A DNA stretch of 64,000 bases, from NCBI GenBank assembly GCA_965228475.1, contig OZ245817.1, forward strand, positions 3,456,001 through 3,520,000. Reading direction: 5' to 3'. Positions 37,892-47,260 of the stretch are shown piece by piece. The stretch is from Myxococcota bacterium (GTDB taxonomy: Bacteria > Myxococcota_A > UBA9160 > JAFDDA01). Below the pieces are notes generated by a model. That model was not told the DNA's origin. It saw nothing but the letters and a program-made list of their open reading frames with translations, and made no database searches. Each line of letters opens with the position of its first letter. Within the stretch, counting starts at the first letter, position 1. Both the position numbers and the translations under genes were made by a program.

Positions 37892-38563
37892 GTGTTTGCC
37901 GAAGTCTCGGAGCCCGACGTCCTCGTCGCGGACCCGGAGCGCATCGTCGTCGAGAGCTGCGCGGCCGGGACCCCCGCCGTCGTGACGCTGCGCGAGCGAA
38001 GCGGCGGCGTGCGGGGTTGCTTCAGCGCCTTTCGCCGCGGCGAGATCGAGATCGAACTGGCCGACCCGGCGCCGGAGCTCCCGGAGGGCGCCGCCTGCCA
38101 CGTCGCCTTCCTGCGTCGCGGCCAGGCCGTCTTCTTCGAAGCCCCGCTCCTCCGCCTCGAGGAGAACTCGGGCCGGAGCTTTCTCTGGCTTCCGCTCCCG
38201 GAGTGCATCACCGAGGAGTTCGCGCGCGGCGCCTTCCGCGTCCCCGCGGACGACGAGGCCGCCGACGTCACGATCGTGCTCGACGACGGCTCGCCCGCGG
38301 CCGCACGCCTCGCGAACCTCTCGCTCACGGGAGCGCTCGTCGAGTTCACCGAAGCGATGCCCGCCCTCTTCCCGGAGCAGGTCCTCGAGCTCCACCTGCC
38401 GATCGACGGGAACCCGGTCCGGCTGGCCGCCGTCGTGCGCCGGCTCGACGCGACCTCCGCCGCCTTCTCCTTCCCGGACGCCGTCTCGGACGGCCTCGAG
38501 AACCCCGTCCGCCGCGCCGTGGCGGCCCTCGAGCGCAGCTGGCACGCACGCCTGCGACGCTGA
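37892..38563 (+). CDS. PilZ-domain protein (YcgR-like)
   Basis: RGAFR (RxxxR) and NLSLTG (D/NxSxxG); start uncertain. Confidence 0.75.
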   Translation: MFAEVSEPDVLVADPERIVVESCAAGTPAVVTLRERSGGVRGCFSAFRRGEIEIELADPAPELPEGAACHVAFLRRGQAVFFEAPLLRLEENSGRSFLWLPLPECITEEFARGAFRVPADDEAADVTIVLDDGSPAAARLANLSLTGALVEFTEAMPALFPEQVLELHLPIDGNPVRLAAVVRRLDATSAAFSFPDAVSDGLENPVRRAVAALERSWHARLRR

Positions 38564-38635
38564 ACCCGAGCCATTCTTCGGCAACGCCCCTCGCGACGCG
38601 CGCCATGCTATTTCTGGCCGACGCGAAGGAGAGCC

Positions 38636-38998
38636 ATGCCCACCCGCCCGACGACCACCGCGGCCTACGTCTCCCGCATCGCCGCGAGCCGGCAGCCGGA
38701 CTTCACCGCCCTGCGAGACCTGGTGAAGCAAGCGCTTCCCAAAGCCCGCGAGACGATGTCCTACAAGATGCCGACGTACGAGATCGGGGAGGCCCGGGTC
38801 TGCGCGATCGCGGCCCAGGCGCGGCATTTCTCGCTCTACCTCTGCGAGAGCCCCGCCCTCGAGCGCCACCGCGGCGAGTTCGAACACCTCGACCTCGGCA
38901 AGGGTTGCATTCGCTTCCGCTCGTTCGACGATCTCCCGAAGGCGACGACGCGGAAGCTCCTGCGCGAAGCCGCGCGGGACGCCCGGGCGGACTCGTGA
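38636..38998 (+). CDS. DUF1801 (YdhG-like) protein
   Basis: ETMSYKMPTY, HFSLY, GKGCIRF. Confidence 0.8.
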   Translation: MPTRPTTTAAYVSRIAASRQPDFTALRDLVKQALPKARETMSYKMPTYEIGEARVCAIAAQARHFSLYLCESPALERHRGEFEHLDLGKGCIRFRSFDDLPKATTRKLLREAARDARADS

Positions 38999-39480
38999 GC
39001 CTCGAGGTCCACCGCGCCGACCTCTCGCGCGGCGATCACGCCGAAGCGATCGTCGCGCTGATCGACCACTACTCCCGCGACCCCATGGGCGACGAAGCGC
39101 CGCTGCCCGCGAAGATCCGGGAAGCGCTCGTGCCCGGCCTGCGGCACACGCCCCAGGCCCGCTGCTTCCTCGCGGCACGCGACGGCGAGTTCGTGGGCCT
39201 CGCCGTCTGCTTCCTCGGCTTCAACACCTTCGTCGCCCGCCCCGCACTCAACGTCCACGATCTCATCGTCGCGCCCGCGGCGCGGGGGGCCGGGATCGGC
39301 CGCCGCTTGATGGACGAAGCCGAGCGCGCGGCGCGCCAAGAGGGCTGCGCACGCATGACGCTCGAGGTCCGCGGCGACAACGCGCCGGCCATGGCCCTCT
39401 ACCGGAGCCTCGGCTTCGAGGGCGGCACCTTCAGCCCTCCGGCGCCGCACTACCTCTTCTGGAGCAAGGAACTCGCATGA
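38995..39480 (+). CDS. GNAT N-acetyltransferase
   Basis: LNVHDLIV, RGAGIGRRL, TLEVRGDN, LYRSLGF; GTGA overlap. Confidence 0.88.
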   Translation: MSLEVHRADLSRGDHAEAIVALIDHYSRDPMGDEAPLPAKIREALVPGLRHTPQARCFLAARDGEFVGLAVCFLGFNTFVARPALNVHDLIVAPAARGAGIGRRLMDEAERAARQEGCARMTLEVRGDNAPAMALYRSLGFEGGTFSPPAPHYLFWSKELA

Positions 39481-40073
39481 AACTCTTCCACACGCCCCTC
39501 ACGCGCTCGGTCCGGATCCTCTGGCTCTTCGAGGAGCTCGGTCTGCCCTACGAGCTCGAGACCGTGGAGACGGTGGACCCCGTGGCCCGCCCGTTCGTGC
39601 AGAAGACGCCGACGGGCAAGGTGCCGACCCTCGAAGACGACGGTCTCGTGATGTTCGAATCGGGCGCGATCATCGAGTACGTGCTCGAACGGTACGGAGA
39701 AGGCCGGCTCGCCCCGGCGCCGGGGGACGCCCGGCGAGGCGAATTCCTCCAGTGGATGCACTTCGCGGAGTCGACGGCGATGGCCGGCCTCGGGCCCATC
39801 ATCTGGCACACGCGCTTCCGGGAGAACGCTGCGGAGATCCCGAGCGCCATCGCCGACTACCGCGGCTGGACCGATGCCGCCTTCGACGTGCTCGAACGGA
39901 CCCTCACCGGGCGCGAACACCTGCTCGGCGAGTTCAGCGCGGCGGACATCATGGTCGGCTACACCGCGCTCGCGGCGAAATCCTTCGACGTGCTCGGCGA
40001 GCGCCCCGCGCTCGAAGCCTACCTTGGCCGCCTCACGGCGCGCCCGGCCCTGCAGAAGGCCCTGACGCGCTAA
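39477..40073 (+). CDS. Glutathione S-transferase
   Basis: RSVRILWLFEEL, GKVPTL, ESGAIIEY, FSAADI. Confidence 0.9.
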   Translation: MKLFHTPLTRSVRILWLFEELGLPYELETVETVDPVARPFVQKTPTGKVPTLEDDGLVMFESGAIIEYVLERYGEGRLAPAPGDARRGEFLQWMHFAESTAMAGLGPIIWHTRFRENAAEIPSAIADYRGWTDAAFDVLERTLTGREHLLGEFSAADIMVGYTALAAKSFDVLGERPALEAYLGRLTARPALQKALTR

Positions 40074-40492
40074 CCGTCGCGGTCGCCTTTCTCACGCCGG
40101 CCCTTCTCCGCGCGCCGCTCCTGCTCGGCCAGGAACGCCGCCACGGTGGCGCGCAGGTCGAGGGTGTCGACCTCGAGGGCGAAGGCCGTCGCCGCCGGCG
40201 GGTAGCCGAGGCGATAGTGCGAGCCGTCCGCCGTCCGCTCGAGGTGTCCGTAGTCGATGAGCCAGCGGCGAACCGTCACGTGGTCCGTGTCGATGGCCGG
40301 GGCGACGTCGCGGCTCCACGCCTGGAGCTCCTCGTTGATCTCGTGCTCGCTGTACTCGCGCGCCGCATCGAGCTGCATGCGGATGCTCTTCATGAGGATC
40401 TGGCGGTCGCGCGACTTGCGGGGGAAGCTGCGCGGCCCGCGGTCCGCGCCCAGTCGGAGCAGCCGCTCGGCGAACTCTTCGAGCGAGATCAT
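40070..40492 (-). CDS. DUF2087 protein
   Basis: FPRK, YSEHEINE.L, DHVTVRRWLIDYG.LER..DGS.Y. Confidence 0.78.
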   Translation of the reverse strand: MISLEEFAERLLRLGADRGPRSFPRKSRDRQILMKSIRMQLDAAREYSEHEINEELQAWSRDVAPAIDTDHVTVRRWLIDYGHLERTADGSHYRLGYPPAATAFALEVDTLDLRATVAAFLAEQERRAEKGRREKGDRDG

Positions 40493-41643
40493 CGCCGGCC
40501 GAGCCGCCGGGCCAGGCGGCGCACCGCCTCCGCGACGTCGTCGGGCGGCGCGGCCGTGAAGCACAGCCGGACGTGGTTCTCGTAGCCGGCGCCGCAGGAG
40601 CCTCCGGGCGCGAGCAGGATGCCGTCTTCGAGACAGTCCTCGAGGAAGCCCCAGAGGCCGCGCTCGTCGAGGTGTTCCGAGACGTCGAGGAAGAGGAACG
40701 TCCCACCTTCGGGCGGCGCCAGGCCGAGCGCCTCGGCCGCGGACTCTCCGGCCTCTCGGTAGCGGGCGCGGGCATGGGCGACCCAGTCCGCCCCCTCGGC
40801 GAGCGCGGCCTCGGCGGCGAGCTGCCCGGCCGTCGGAGCGTGGTAGGCGGTGTGGGTGCCGACCTTGCGCGCGGCAGCGACCGCGTCCGCCGGCCCTGCG
40901 AGATACCCGACGCGGTTGCCGGCCATGCCGTAGGCCTTCGAGAACGAGAAGACCGAGAGCGTCCGCTCCGGCGCGAAGCGGCCGATCGAGACGTGCTCGC
41001 CGCGGTAGACGTAGTCTTCGTAGACCTCGTCGGAGAGCAGCCAGAGGTCTTCGCTGCGAGCCCACTCGGCCAGGGCCGCGAGCCAGCCCTCCGGGAGCAC
41101 CCGGCCCGTCGGGTTCGAGGGCGTCGAAACGTAGAGCGCCGCCGTCCGCTCGCTCGCGCGCTCCCGGACGCGGGCGACGGCGTCCTCGGCCGAGGTCGCG
41201 CGGTCGAAGAAGGGGACCTCGACCGCCTCGCCCCGGAAGGACTGCACGATCCCGCGGATCAGCGGCCAGAACGGGGAGAGGATCAGGACCTCCTCGCCGG
41301 GCGAGACCGTCGCGCCGACCGCGCAGGCGAGCGCACCGGTCGCGCCCGCGGTGACGAGCACGTTCTCCCGGCCGACGGCCAGCCCGTTGCGCTCGCGGAG
41401 CTTCTCGACGACGCCGTCGAGCAGACCCGGAATGCCCTGGGGATCCACGTAGCGGTGCATGCCCGGGTGGTCGGACTCGCAGAGGTCCTCCATCCGGGCG
41501 CCAGCGCAGGGCTCCATCCACGTGTCGCCCACGTGGAGGGGATAGATCGGGCCCTCGTGCGTGCGGATCCGGTCGGCCAGGGGCGAGAAGATCGCCCCGG
41601 GGATCGCTTCGACGGCGGGCGCCAGCCCGAGCTTGCGCGGCAT
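40489..41643 (-). CDS. PLP-dependent aminotransferase class I/II
   Basis: PSNPTG, SDEVY, SFSKAYGMAGNRVGY. Confidence 0.92.
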   Translation of the reverse strand: MPRKLGLAPAVEAIPGAIFSPLADRIRTHEGPIYPLHVGDTWMEPCAGARMEDLCESDHPGMHRYVDPQGIPGLLDGVVEKLRERNGLAVGRENVLVTAGATGALACAVGATVSPGEEVLILSPFWPLIRGIVQSFRGEAVEVPFFDRATSAEDAVARVRERASERTAALYVSTPSNPTGRVLPEGWLAALAEWARSEDLWLLSDEVYEDYVYRGEHVSIGRFAPERTLSVFSFSKAYGMAGNRVGYLAGPADAVAAARKVGTHTAYHAPTAGQLAAEAALAEGADWVAHARARYREAGESAAEALGLAPPEGGTFLFLDVSEHLDERGLWGFLEDCLEDGILLAPGGSCGAGYENHVRLCFTAAPPDDVAEAVRRLARRLGRR

Positions 41644-41651
41644 CGGCGAAT

Positions 41652-41728
41652 TCTAGCGGCGTTGCGCGCGACGGGCGGTGGGGAGACGCTTCTCTAGCGG
41701 CGTTGCGCGCAGCGGGCGGTGGGGAGAC
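41652..41728. repeat. 36-bp intergenic tandem duplication (34/36 identical, period 41)
   Basis: TCTAGCGGCGTTGCGCGC(GA/AG)CGGGCGGTGGGGAGAC at 41652 and 41693. Confidence 0.85.
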
Positions 41729-41738
41729 ACTCCGCTCC

Positions 41739-42563
41739 GTGGCGCTCTCGGTCCTCAGCCTGAACCTCTGGCACGACGCCGGCCCCTGGCCCGAGCGCGC
41801 GAAGCGCATCCGGAGCTGGATCGACCGGCTCGACCCGGACCTGATCGGCTTCCAGGAGGTTCTCTCGGGGGAAGGCATCGACCAGGCCGCCGAGCTGCTC
41901 TCCGGCCGCGGCTTCCATCTGGATTTCGCGGCGGCGACCCCGCGCTTCGGCGACCGCGACGTCGCCTTCGGGAACGCCGTCGCCTCGCGCTGGCCGCTCG
42001 AGGATCGCGAGGTGCTCGCCCTGCCCTCCTCCGGCGACGGCGAAACCCGAACCGCCCTGTCCGTGATCGCCAAGGCGCCCTTCGGCCCCGTGGGCTTCAC
42101 CTGCACGCACCTGAACTGGCGCTTCCACCACGGCAACGTGCGCGAGCGCCAGGTCCTCGCCCTGGCCGAGTGGGTGCGCGCGCGGCGCCCGGCTGGCGGC
42201 TACCCGCCGATCGTGGTCGGCGACTTCAACGCCGAACCCGACGCTTCGGAGATCCGCTTCCTCTCGGGGCTCCGGGCCCTCGGCGGCCGCAGCGTCTACT
42301 TCGCGGACGCCTGGCGAACGGCGGGCGACGGGAGCGCGGGCATCACCTGGTCGAACCGCAACGACCACGCGCGCGAGTGGCTCGAGCCCGAACGCCGCAT
42401 CGACTACGTCTTCGTCGGCCCGCCGCACCACACCGGCCTCGGGCAGATCACCGGCTGCCGGGTCGTGTGCGACGACGTCGTGGACGGCATCTGGCCCTCG
42501 GACCACTTCGGCGTGTTCGCGGAGCTGCGCGACGAACCCCTTCCGGGGCGCGGCGGCGCGTGA
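41739..42563 (+). CDS. Endonuclease/exonuclease/phosphatase family protein
   Basis: SLNLW, GFQEV, CTHL, GDFNAEP, RIDY, SDH. Confidence 0.9.
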   Translation: MALSVLSLNLWHDAGPWPERAKRIRSWIDRLDPDLIGFQEVLSGEGIDQAAELLSGRGFHLDFAAATPRFGDRDVAFGNAVASRWPLEDREVLALPSSGDGETRTALSVIAKAPFGPVGFTCTHLNWRFHHGNVRERQVLALAEWVRARRPAGGYPPIVVGDFNAEPDASEIRFLSGLRALGGRSVYFADAWRTAGDGSAGITWSNRNDHAREWLEPERRIDYVFVGPPHHTGLGQITGCRVVCDDVVDGIWPSDHFGVFAELRDEPLPGRGGA

Positions 42564-42571
42564 TCGACCGC

Positions 42572-43213
42572 TCAGGCGAGCGCGCGAAGCCCCGCCGCGA
42601 GGTCGGGCACGGCCTCGGCATGCGCGCGCGCGGCCTCCCACCAGGGCGGGCGCGGCCCGCCCTCCTCGACGAGCACCAGCCTCCGCACGCCGGCGATGAA
42701 CGGCTCGGCCCACCAGAGCGGCCGCGGGTCTCGCTCGGCCATCATGACGTAGGGATCCGCGTCCCCCTCGAAGGCCGCGACGCGCTCCGGGGACGGCACG
42801 ATGGGCCGGAAGTCCTCGAGGTCCGGCTCGGGGCCGCCCGCGGCGAGCCCCTCGCCCGGGAGGAGCAGACAGCCGGGCACGGACTCCGCGCGGGCCGCGG
42901 CGATCATCATCCCGTGCCAGGCGCCGAGGCCCGCGCCGGCGAGCACGGCCGTGCCGCCGATCGCGCGCAGGGCAAGATCCGTATCCGAGAGGAACCTCTC
43001 GTAGGAGTAGCAGCCGCCGCGCAGACGGGAGGACCCGCCGTGGCCCGAGAAGTCGAGAGCGAAGACGGGGCCGGGCCAGTCGTCGACGGCGTCGGGCCAG
43101 TCCGCGCTCGAACCGTAGAGCGCGTGGAGCAGCAGGAGCGGTGTGCCCTCCCCGGCGGTGCGTTCGTGGAGCGCGATCTCGCCCCGGCCGTTCTTCACCT
43201 TGCGTGCGCTCAT
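42572..43213 (-). CDS. Alpha/beta hydrolase-fold protein, degenerate nucleophile elbow
   Basis: LLLLHAL, ALDFSGHGGS; elbow reads GAGLG with no Ser. ATGA-coupled to the upstream hydrolase. Confidence 0.75.
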   Translation of the reverse strand: MSARKVKNGRGEIALHERTAGEGTPLLLLHALYGSSADWPDAVDDWPGPVFALDFSGHGGSSRLRGGCYSYERFLSDTDLALRAIGGTAVLAGAGLGAWHGMMIAAARAESVPGCLLLPGEGLAAGGPEPDLEDFRPIVPSPERVAAFEGDADPYVMMAERDPRPLWWAEPFIAGVRRLVLVEEGGPRPPWWEAARAHAEAVPDLAAGLRALA

Positions 43214-44100
43214 GCGTCGAGCCAGTCGAGAAGCAGCCGCGCCGTCTCCTCGGGCTGTTCCATGTGGACGAAGTGGCCGGCCTCGGCGACGACCGCCTTT
43301 TCGAGGTTCGGCACGTGGGAGAGGCGTTCGCTGAGGAGCGGCTCGGGCAGCGGCCCCCAGGTATCGGGCTCCGAGCCCCAGATGGCGAGCATCGGCATCT
43401 CCAATCGCCCCCACGACACGCCGATGTGATCGGGCGTGAAGGGGCCGATGAAGCGGCCCATGGTCGGATCGTGTTTCCAGTGCCAGCCGTCGGCTTCGAG
43501 CCGCGCGGCGTGGAAGACGAAGAAGCGGAGCCACTCGCGCGAGAGGCGCGGGTTCTGGGCGAGCCGCCGCTCGACGAGATCCTCGAGACTCTCGTAGGGG
43601 CGCCAGGCCGCTCGCTCGATGCGGCGGTGGCGGGCGTCGAGGGAGTCCGCGAGGAGTTCGGGCAGGGGCACGTCGCCCTCGGGCTCCGCCGGCGGCCCGA
43701 AGCCGTCGATGTTCACGAGCTGGCGCACGAGCTCCGGGGCCACGCGCGCGGCGTCCGTCACCTGGCCGCCGCCCTTGCTGTGCCCGACCAGGTGGACCTT
43801 GCGGCCGAGGCTCCGCGCCACGGAGAGGATGTCGTGGATGTCGGCCGGCCAGGCGTAGGCGTCCGCCCAGCCGGAATCGCCGTGGCCCCGCGCATCGACC
43901 GCGACGACGCGGAAGCGCTCGGCCAGGAGCGGCCCGAGCACCGCGAAGCTGCGCGCGTGGTCCCACATGCCATGGGCCAGCACCACGGGCTGGGCCTCCG
44001 GGTCGCCCCATTCGAGGCAGTTCAGCTCGATGCCGGCCGAGGCGACGCGCCGCGTCCGCTCGGGCGGCGGCGTTCCGGGATAGTCGGGTGCTTCTTCCAC
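43210..44100 (-). CDS. Alpha/beta hydrolase
   Basis: AHGMWD, DARGHGDS, GHSKGG, AGHFVH; start uncertain. Confidence 0.88.
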   Translation of the reverse strand: MEEAPDYPGTPPPERTRRVASAGIELNCLEWGDPEAQPVVLAHGMWDHARSFAVLGPLLAERFRVVAVDARGHGDSGWADAYAWPADIHDILSVARSLGRKVHLVGHSKGGGQVTDAARVAPELVRQLVNIDGFGPPAEPEGDVPLPELLADSLDARHRRIERAAWRPYESLEDLVERRLAQNPRLSREWLRFFVFHAARLEADGWHWKHDPTMGRFIGPFTPDHIGVSWGRLEMPMLAIWGSEPDTWGPLPEPLLSERLSHVPNLEKAVVAEAGHFVHMEQPEETARLLLDWLDA

Positions 44101-44146
44101 GGGAAGCGGGAGGATAGGCCGAACCGCCTTCGTTAGCCTTCCCGCC

Positions 44147-45340
44147 ATGGCCGATCCCGAGGACGCGAACCCCGAGAACGAATCCGGCGCACCGCCCGCC
44201 GAACAGACGACGGCGCAGGCGGACGCCGAGGATGCGGCAACGGAGGCCGGTGGAGGCGGGCTCTCGCCGACGCTCCTGCGCGTGGCCAAGGGCGCCGTGG
44301 CCGCCCTCGTCGTGGCCGGGCTCGTCGCCGGAGGCTTGCGCTACGCGAGCCGGAACGGCGAGTTCGAAGAACACGACGCCGAAGGCCGCCTCCTGCGGAC
44401 CTACGAACTCTCGGGCGGGGAACTCCACGGCCCGCGCATCGACTGGAACCCCGACGGCAGCAAGCGGCGCGAGGTCCACTGGAAGGAAGGCCTCCGCCAC
44501 GGGCCCGACATCCTCTACTGGCCCGACGGCAGCAAGCGGCGCGAGGGGGCCTGGGAAGCCGACCTGCCCGTCGGCACCTGGCGCACCTGGCACGGCAACG
44601 GAGCGCTCCAGAGCGAGGGCGCTTACTCGGACCGGGACGCCCGCGAGCCGGCGCGCCCGGCCGGCCCGTGGGTCACCTGGGACGCCGGCGGCACCAAGCT
44701 CTCGGAAGGCCGCTTCGTGAACGGCGAGAAGGACGGGCCGTGGGCACGCTTCTGGCCCAGCGGGAAGCCGCGCAGCCAGGGCCTCTGGGCCGCCGGGACG
44801 CAGGTCGGCAAGTGGAAGGTCTGGCACGAGAACGGGAACCTCGAATCCGAGGGGTCCTGGGCCGGCGGCAAGCGCGAAGGCCGCTGGGTCGAGTGGTACG
44901 CGGACGGCAGCAAGAAGTACGAGGGGAGCTACCGCGGGGGCGAAGCCGTCGGCGAGTGGACGCGCTGGTTCGAGAACGGAAACGTCCAGCTCCACACCGT
45001 CGAGTTCGGCAAGGACGGCAAGACCATCCGGGAAGTGAAGACCTTCTACCCGAACGGCGCCCCGCGCAGCGAGGAGCGCTACGCGGACCAGGTGCCCGAC
45101 GGCCCGAGCCGATCGTTCTACCCGGACGGGAGCCTGTTCGAGGAAGGCCGCTGGGTCGCGGGAGCCAAGGACGGCCCCTGGAAGATCTACGCCCAGGGCA
45201 GCGACGAGCCGAACGTCATCGAGTGGCGCTCGGGCGAGCGGATCACCCCGAACCAGAAGCGGCCCCGCAGCGGCTCGATGGGACATCCGCCCATCGTGCG
45301 CATGCCCGTCGAGTCCGAAGACCGCAACAAGTACGACTGA
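44147..45340 (+). CDS. Membrane-anchored MORN-variant (YwqK-like) repeat protein
   Basis: One TM, then many W/Y-x-NG-x-x-x-SEG-x-W-x-x-G-x-x-x-G repeats. Confidence 0.85.
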   Translation: MADPEDANPENESGAPPAEQTTAQADAEDAATEAGGGGLSPTLLRVAKGAVAALVVAGLVAGGLRYASRNGEFEEHDAEGRLLRTYELSGGELHGPRIDWNPDGSKRREVHWKEGLRHGPDILYWPDGSKRREGAWEADLPVGTWRTWHGNGALQSEGAYSDRDAREPARPAGPWVTWDAGGTKLSEGRFVNGEKDGPWARFWPSGKPRSQGLWAAGTQVGKWKVWHENGNLESEGSWAGGKREGRWVEWYADGSKKYEGSYRGGEAVGEWTRWFENGNVQLHTVEFGKDGKTIREVKTFYPNGAPRSEERYADQVPDGPSRSFYPDGSLFEEGRWVAGAKDGPWKIYAQGSDEPNVIEWRSGERITPNQKRPRSGSMGHPPIVRMPVESEDRNKYD

Positions 45341-45362
45341 GGCTTCGGAGCGCCGGACGAGC

Positions 45363-45665
45363 TCAGGAGACGGAGACGAGCCGCTGGACGGTGGGCGGTT
45401 CGGCCGCCATGGGCGCGAGCGCTCCGACGGCGGACTGCAGCGACTCCTGCGCGAGGTGGGTCGCGAGCGCCTCCTCGCTCTCCCAGGTCTCGACCATCAC
45501 GAAGCGGCCCGGCTCGGCGATGTCCTGGCAGAGGTCGTACTCGATGCAGCCGGGCTCGCCGAGCGTCGGGGCGACCATCGTGCGCCGCGCGGCCTCGATG
45601 AAATCATCCACGCACTCGGGCTTGACGGCGAAACGCGCCACGACACGGACCTGACCCTTCGGCAT
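45363..45665 (-). CDS. ABM-family putative quinol monooxygenase
   Basis: EPGCIEYDL, FVMVETW, H. Confidence 0.85.
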   Translation of the reverse strand: MPKGQVRVVARFAVKPECVDDFIEAARRTMVAPTLGEPGCIEYDLCQDIAEPGRFVMVETWESEEALATHLAQESLQSAVGALAPMAAEPPTVQRLVSVS

Positions 45666-45703
45666 CCTGGACCTCCACGATCTTGGAGGGAGGAGTCTAC
45701 CCG

Positions 45704-46105
45704 ATGGAACCCGATGCCCTGCGCGCGCTCGACCGCGAGCGCTACGTGAGCCTGGTGACCTTTCGCCGCTCGGGCGCGGAGGTCGCAACGCCGGTCTGGT
45801 GGGCCCTCGCCGGCGACCGTTTCTACGTCTTCACCGAGGCGCGCTCGGGAAAGATGAAGCGCCTGCGCAACGACGCGCGCGTGCGCCTCGCCGGCTGCGA
45901 CGTCCGCGGCCGCGTCCACGGGAGCTACGTCGACGGCCGGGCTCGGACGGTCGAGGACGAGGCGACGATCGCCCGGGCGTACGAGGCGCTGCGGGCGAAG
46001 TACGGCTGGCAGATGCGGCTCACGGATGGGCTCTCCCGGCTGGCCGGCCGCTACGCGGGCCGGGCGATGCTCGAGATCGAGGTCACGGACGGACCGGCAG
46101 CTTGA
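45704..46105 (+). CDS. PPOX-class F420-dependent oxidoreductase
   Basis: YVSLVTFRRSG, TPVW, SGKMKRLRND, CDVRG, KYG. Confidence 0.85.
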   Translation: MEPDALRALDRERYVSLVTFRRSGAEVATPVWWALAGDRFYVFTEARSGKMKRLRNDARVRLAGCDVRGRVHGSYVDGRARTVEDEATIARAYEALRAKYGWQMRLTDGLSRLAGRYAGRAMLEIEVTDGPAA

Positions 46106-46157
46106 TCGACTAGAGGTCCGGACTGGTTCAGGAATCGACTATCGATCCGGACCGATG

Positions 46158-46217
46158 AAAAAAACGATCGTATTTTTTTAAACAAACGATCTTGTGTTAT
46201 TTCAAGATCGATCATAT
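46158..46217. promoter_or_regulatory. AT-rich promoter with GATC-centred operator-like palindromes upstream of tetR
   Basis: AAAAAAACGATCGTATTTTTT plus two related sites (AACGATCTTG, AAGATCGATC) in a striking AT island. Confidence 0.65.
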
Positions 46218-46227
46218 TCTCTCGCCC

Positions 46228-46833
46228 ATGCGACGCTCCACCTCTCGCGAACGCCACGGAGACCGGCGCCGGCGGACCATCCTCGCCGCCGCGGCGGACC
46301 TCGCTACGGCCGAGGGCCTCGAGGGCCTGTCGATCGCCCGGCTCGCCCGGGCCGTGGGCCTCAGCAAGGGCGGCGTCGTCGCCCACTTCCCGTCCAAGGA
46401 AGAACTCCAGCTCGAGGTGATCGAGGCGGCGGCCGAGGCCTACGACCACCGGGTCTGGTCGCGCGACGCGGAGCCCGGCCTCGCGCGCACCGAAGCCTTG
46501 ATGGCCGCGTGGATCGATTTCATCGACGGCATCGAGTATCGCGGCGGGTGCTTCTTCGCGGCCGCCGCCGCCGAGTTCGGTGCGCGGCCGGGCGCCGTGC
46601 GCGACGCCATCGCACGCCACACCGAAGGCTGGACGCGCATCCTCGAGCGCGAACTCCGGACGGCCCTCCGCCAGGGCGAGCTCCGCGAAGGGTGCGACCC
46701 GCGCCTGCTCGCCTTCCAGCTCCACTCCCTCGTTCAGGAAGCGAACCAGCGCCGGACCCTGCTCGGCGACGAGGGGGCGTTCGACGACGCGCGCGCCCTC
46801 CTGGCGAGCCTCCTGGCCAACGCCCGCGCCTGA
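46228..46833 (+). CDS. TetR/AcrR family regulator
   Basis: ILAAA..GLEGLSIARLA.AVGLSKGGVVAHFPSKEELQ, GGCFF. Confidence 0.92.
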   Translation: MRRSTSRERHGDRRRRTILAAAADLATAEGLEGLSIARLARAVGLSKGGVVAHFPSKEELQLEVIEAAAEAYDHRVWSRDAEPGLARTEALMAAWIDFIDGIEYRGGCFFAAAAAEFGARPGAVRDAIARHTEGWTRILERELRTALRQGELREGCDPRLLAFQLHSLVQEANQRRTLLGDEGAFDDARALLASLLANARA

Positions 46834-46849
46834 AACCTAGGAGAACCCC

Positions 46850-47260
46850 ATGCACGATCCTCAACGCCTGCTCCGGAACAGCCTTCGCGCCAACGGCGCC
46901 TTCTCGACCCTTTCGGGTCTCGTCTTCGCCTTCGCGGGCGGCGCCGTGGCCCGAGCGATCGGCCTCGAAGCCGCCTGGCTCGTCCACGCAACCGGCATCG
47001 GCCTGCTCGGCTTCGCGGCCTACCTGTTCTACACGGCCTCGCGCCCCGAACTCGATACCGGCGTCGCCCTGCAGATCGTGTTCGCGGACCTCGCCTGGGT
47101 CGTCGGCACCCTGCCCGTCGTGTTCTTCGACGTGCTGAACCGGACGGGAACCCTCGGTGCCATCGCGATCGCCGACGTCGTCCTGCTGTTCGCCGTGCTC
47201 CAGTACGCCGGCGTGCGGCGGATCCGCGGGAGCGCGAGCGCTGCGGAGGGCGCGGCGTGA
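46850..47260 (+). CDS. Four-TM hypothetical membrane protein
   Basis: LRANGAFSTLSG, DLAWV, QYAG; AGGAG RBS. Confidence 0.75.
   Translation: MHDPQRLLRNSLRANGAFSTLSGLVFAFAGGAVARAIGLEAAWLVHATGIGLLGFAAYLFYTASRPELDTGVALQIVFADLAWVVGTLPVVFFDVLNRTGTLGAIAIADVVLLFAVLQYAGVRRIRGSASAAEGAA

Noticed and set aside
41652..41728. 36-bp repeats as a mini-CRISPR
   Set aside because: Only two copies, 5 bp apart, with no spacer.
44147..45340. YwqK-type antitoxin of a toxin-antitoxin system
   Set aside because: It is a membrane-anchored MORN-repeat protein with no neighbouring toxin.
46140..46220. AT-rich patch as a horizontally acquired island or att site
   Set aside because: Only about 80 bp, intergenic, and explained by promoter/operator sequence; flanking genes have host-like GC.
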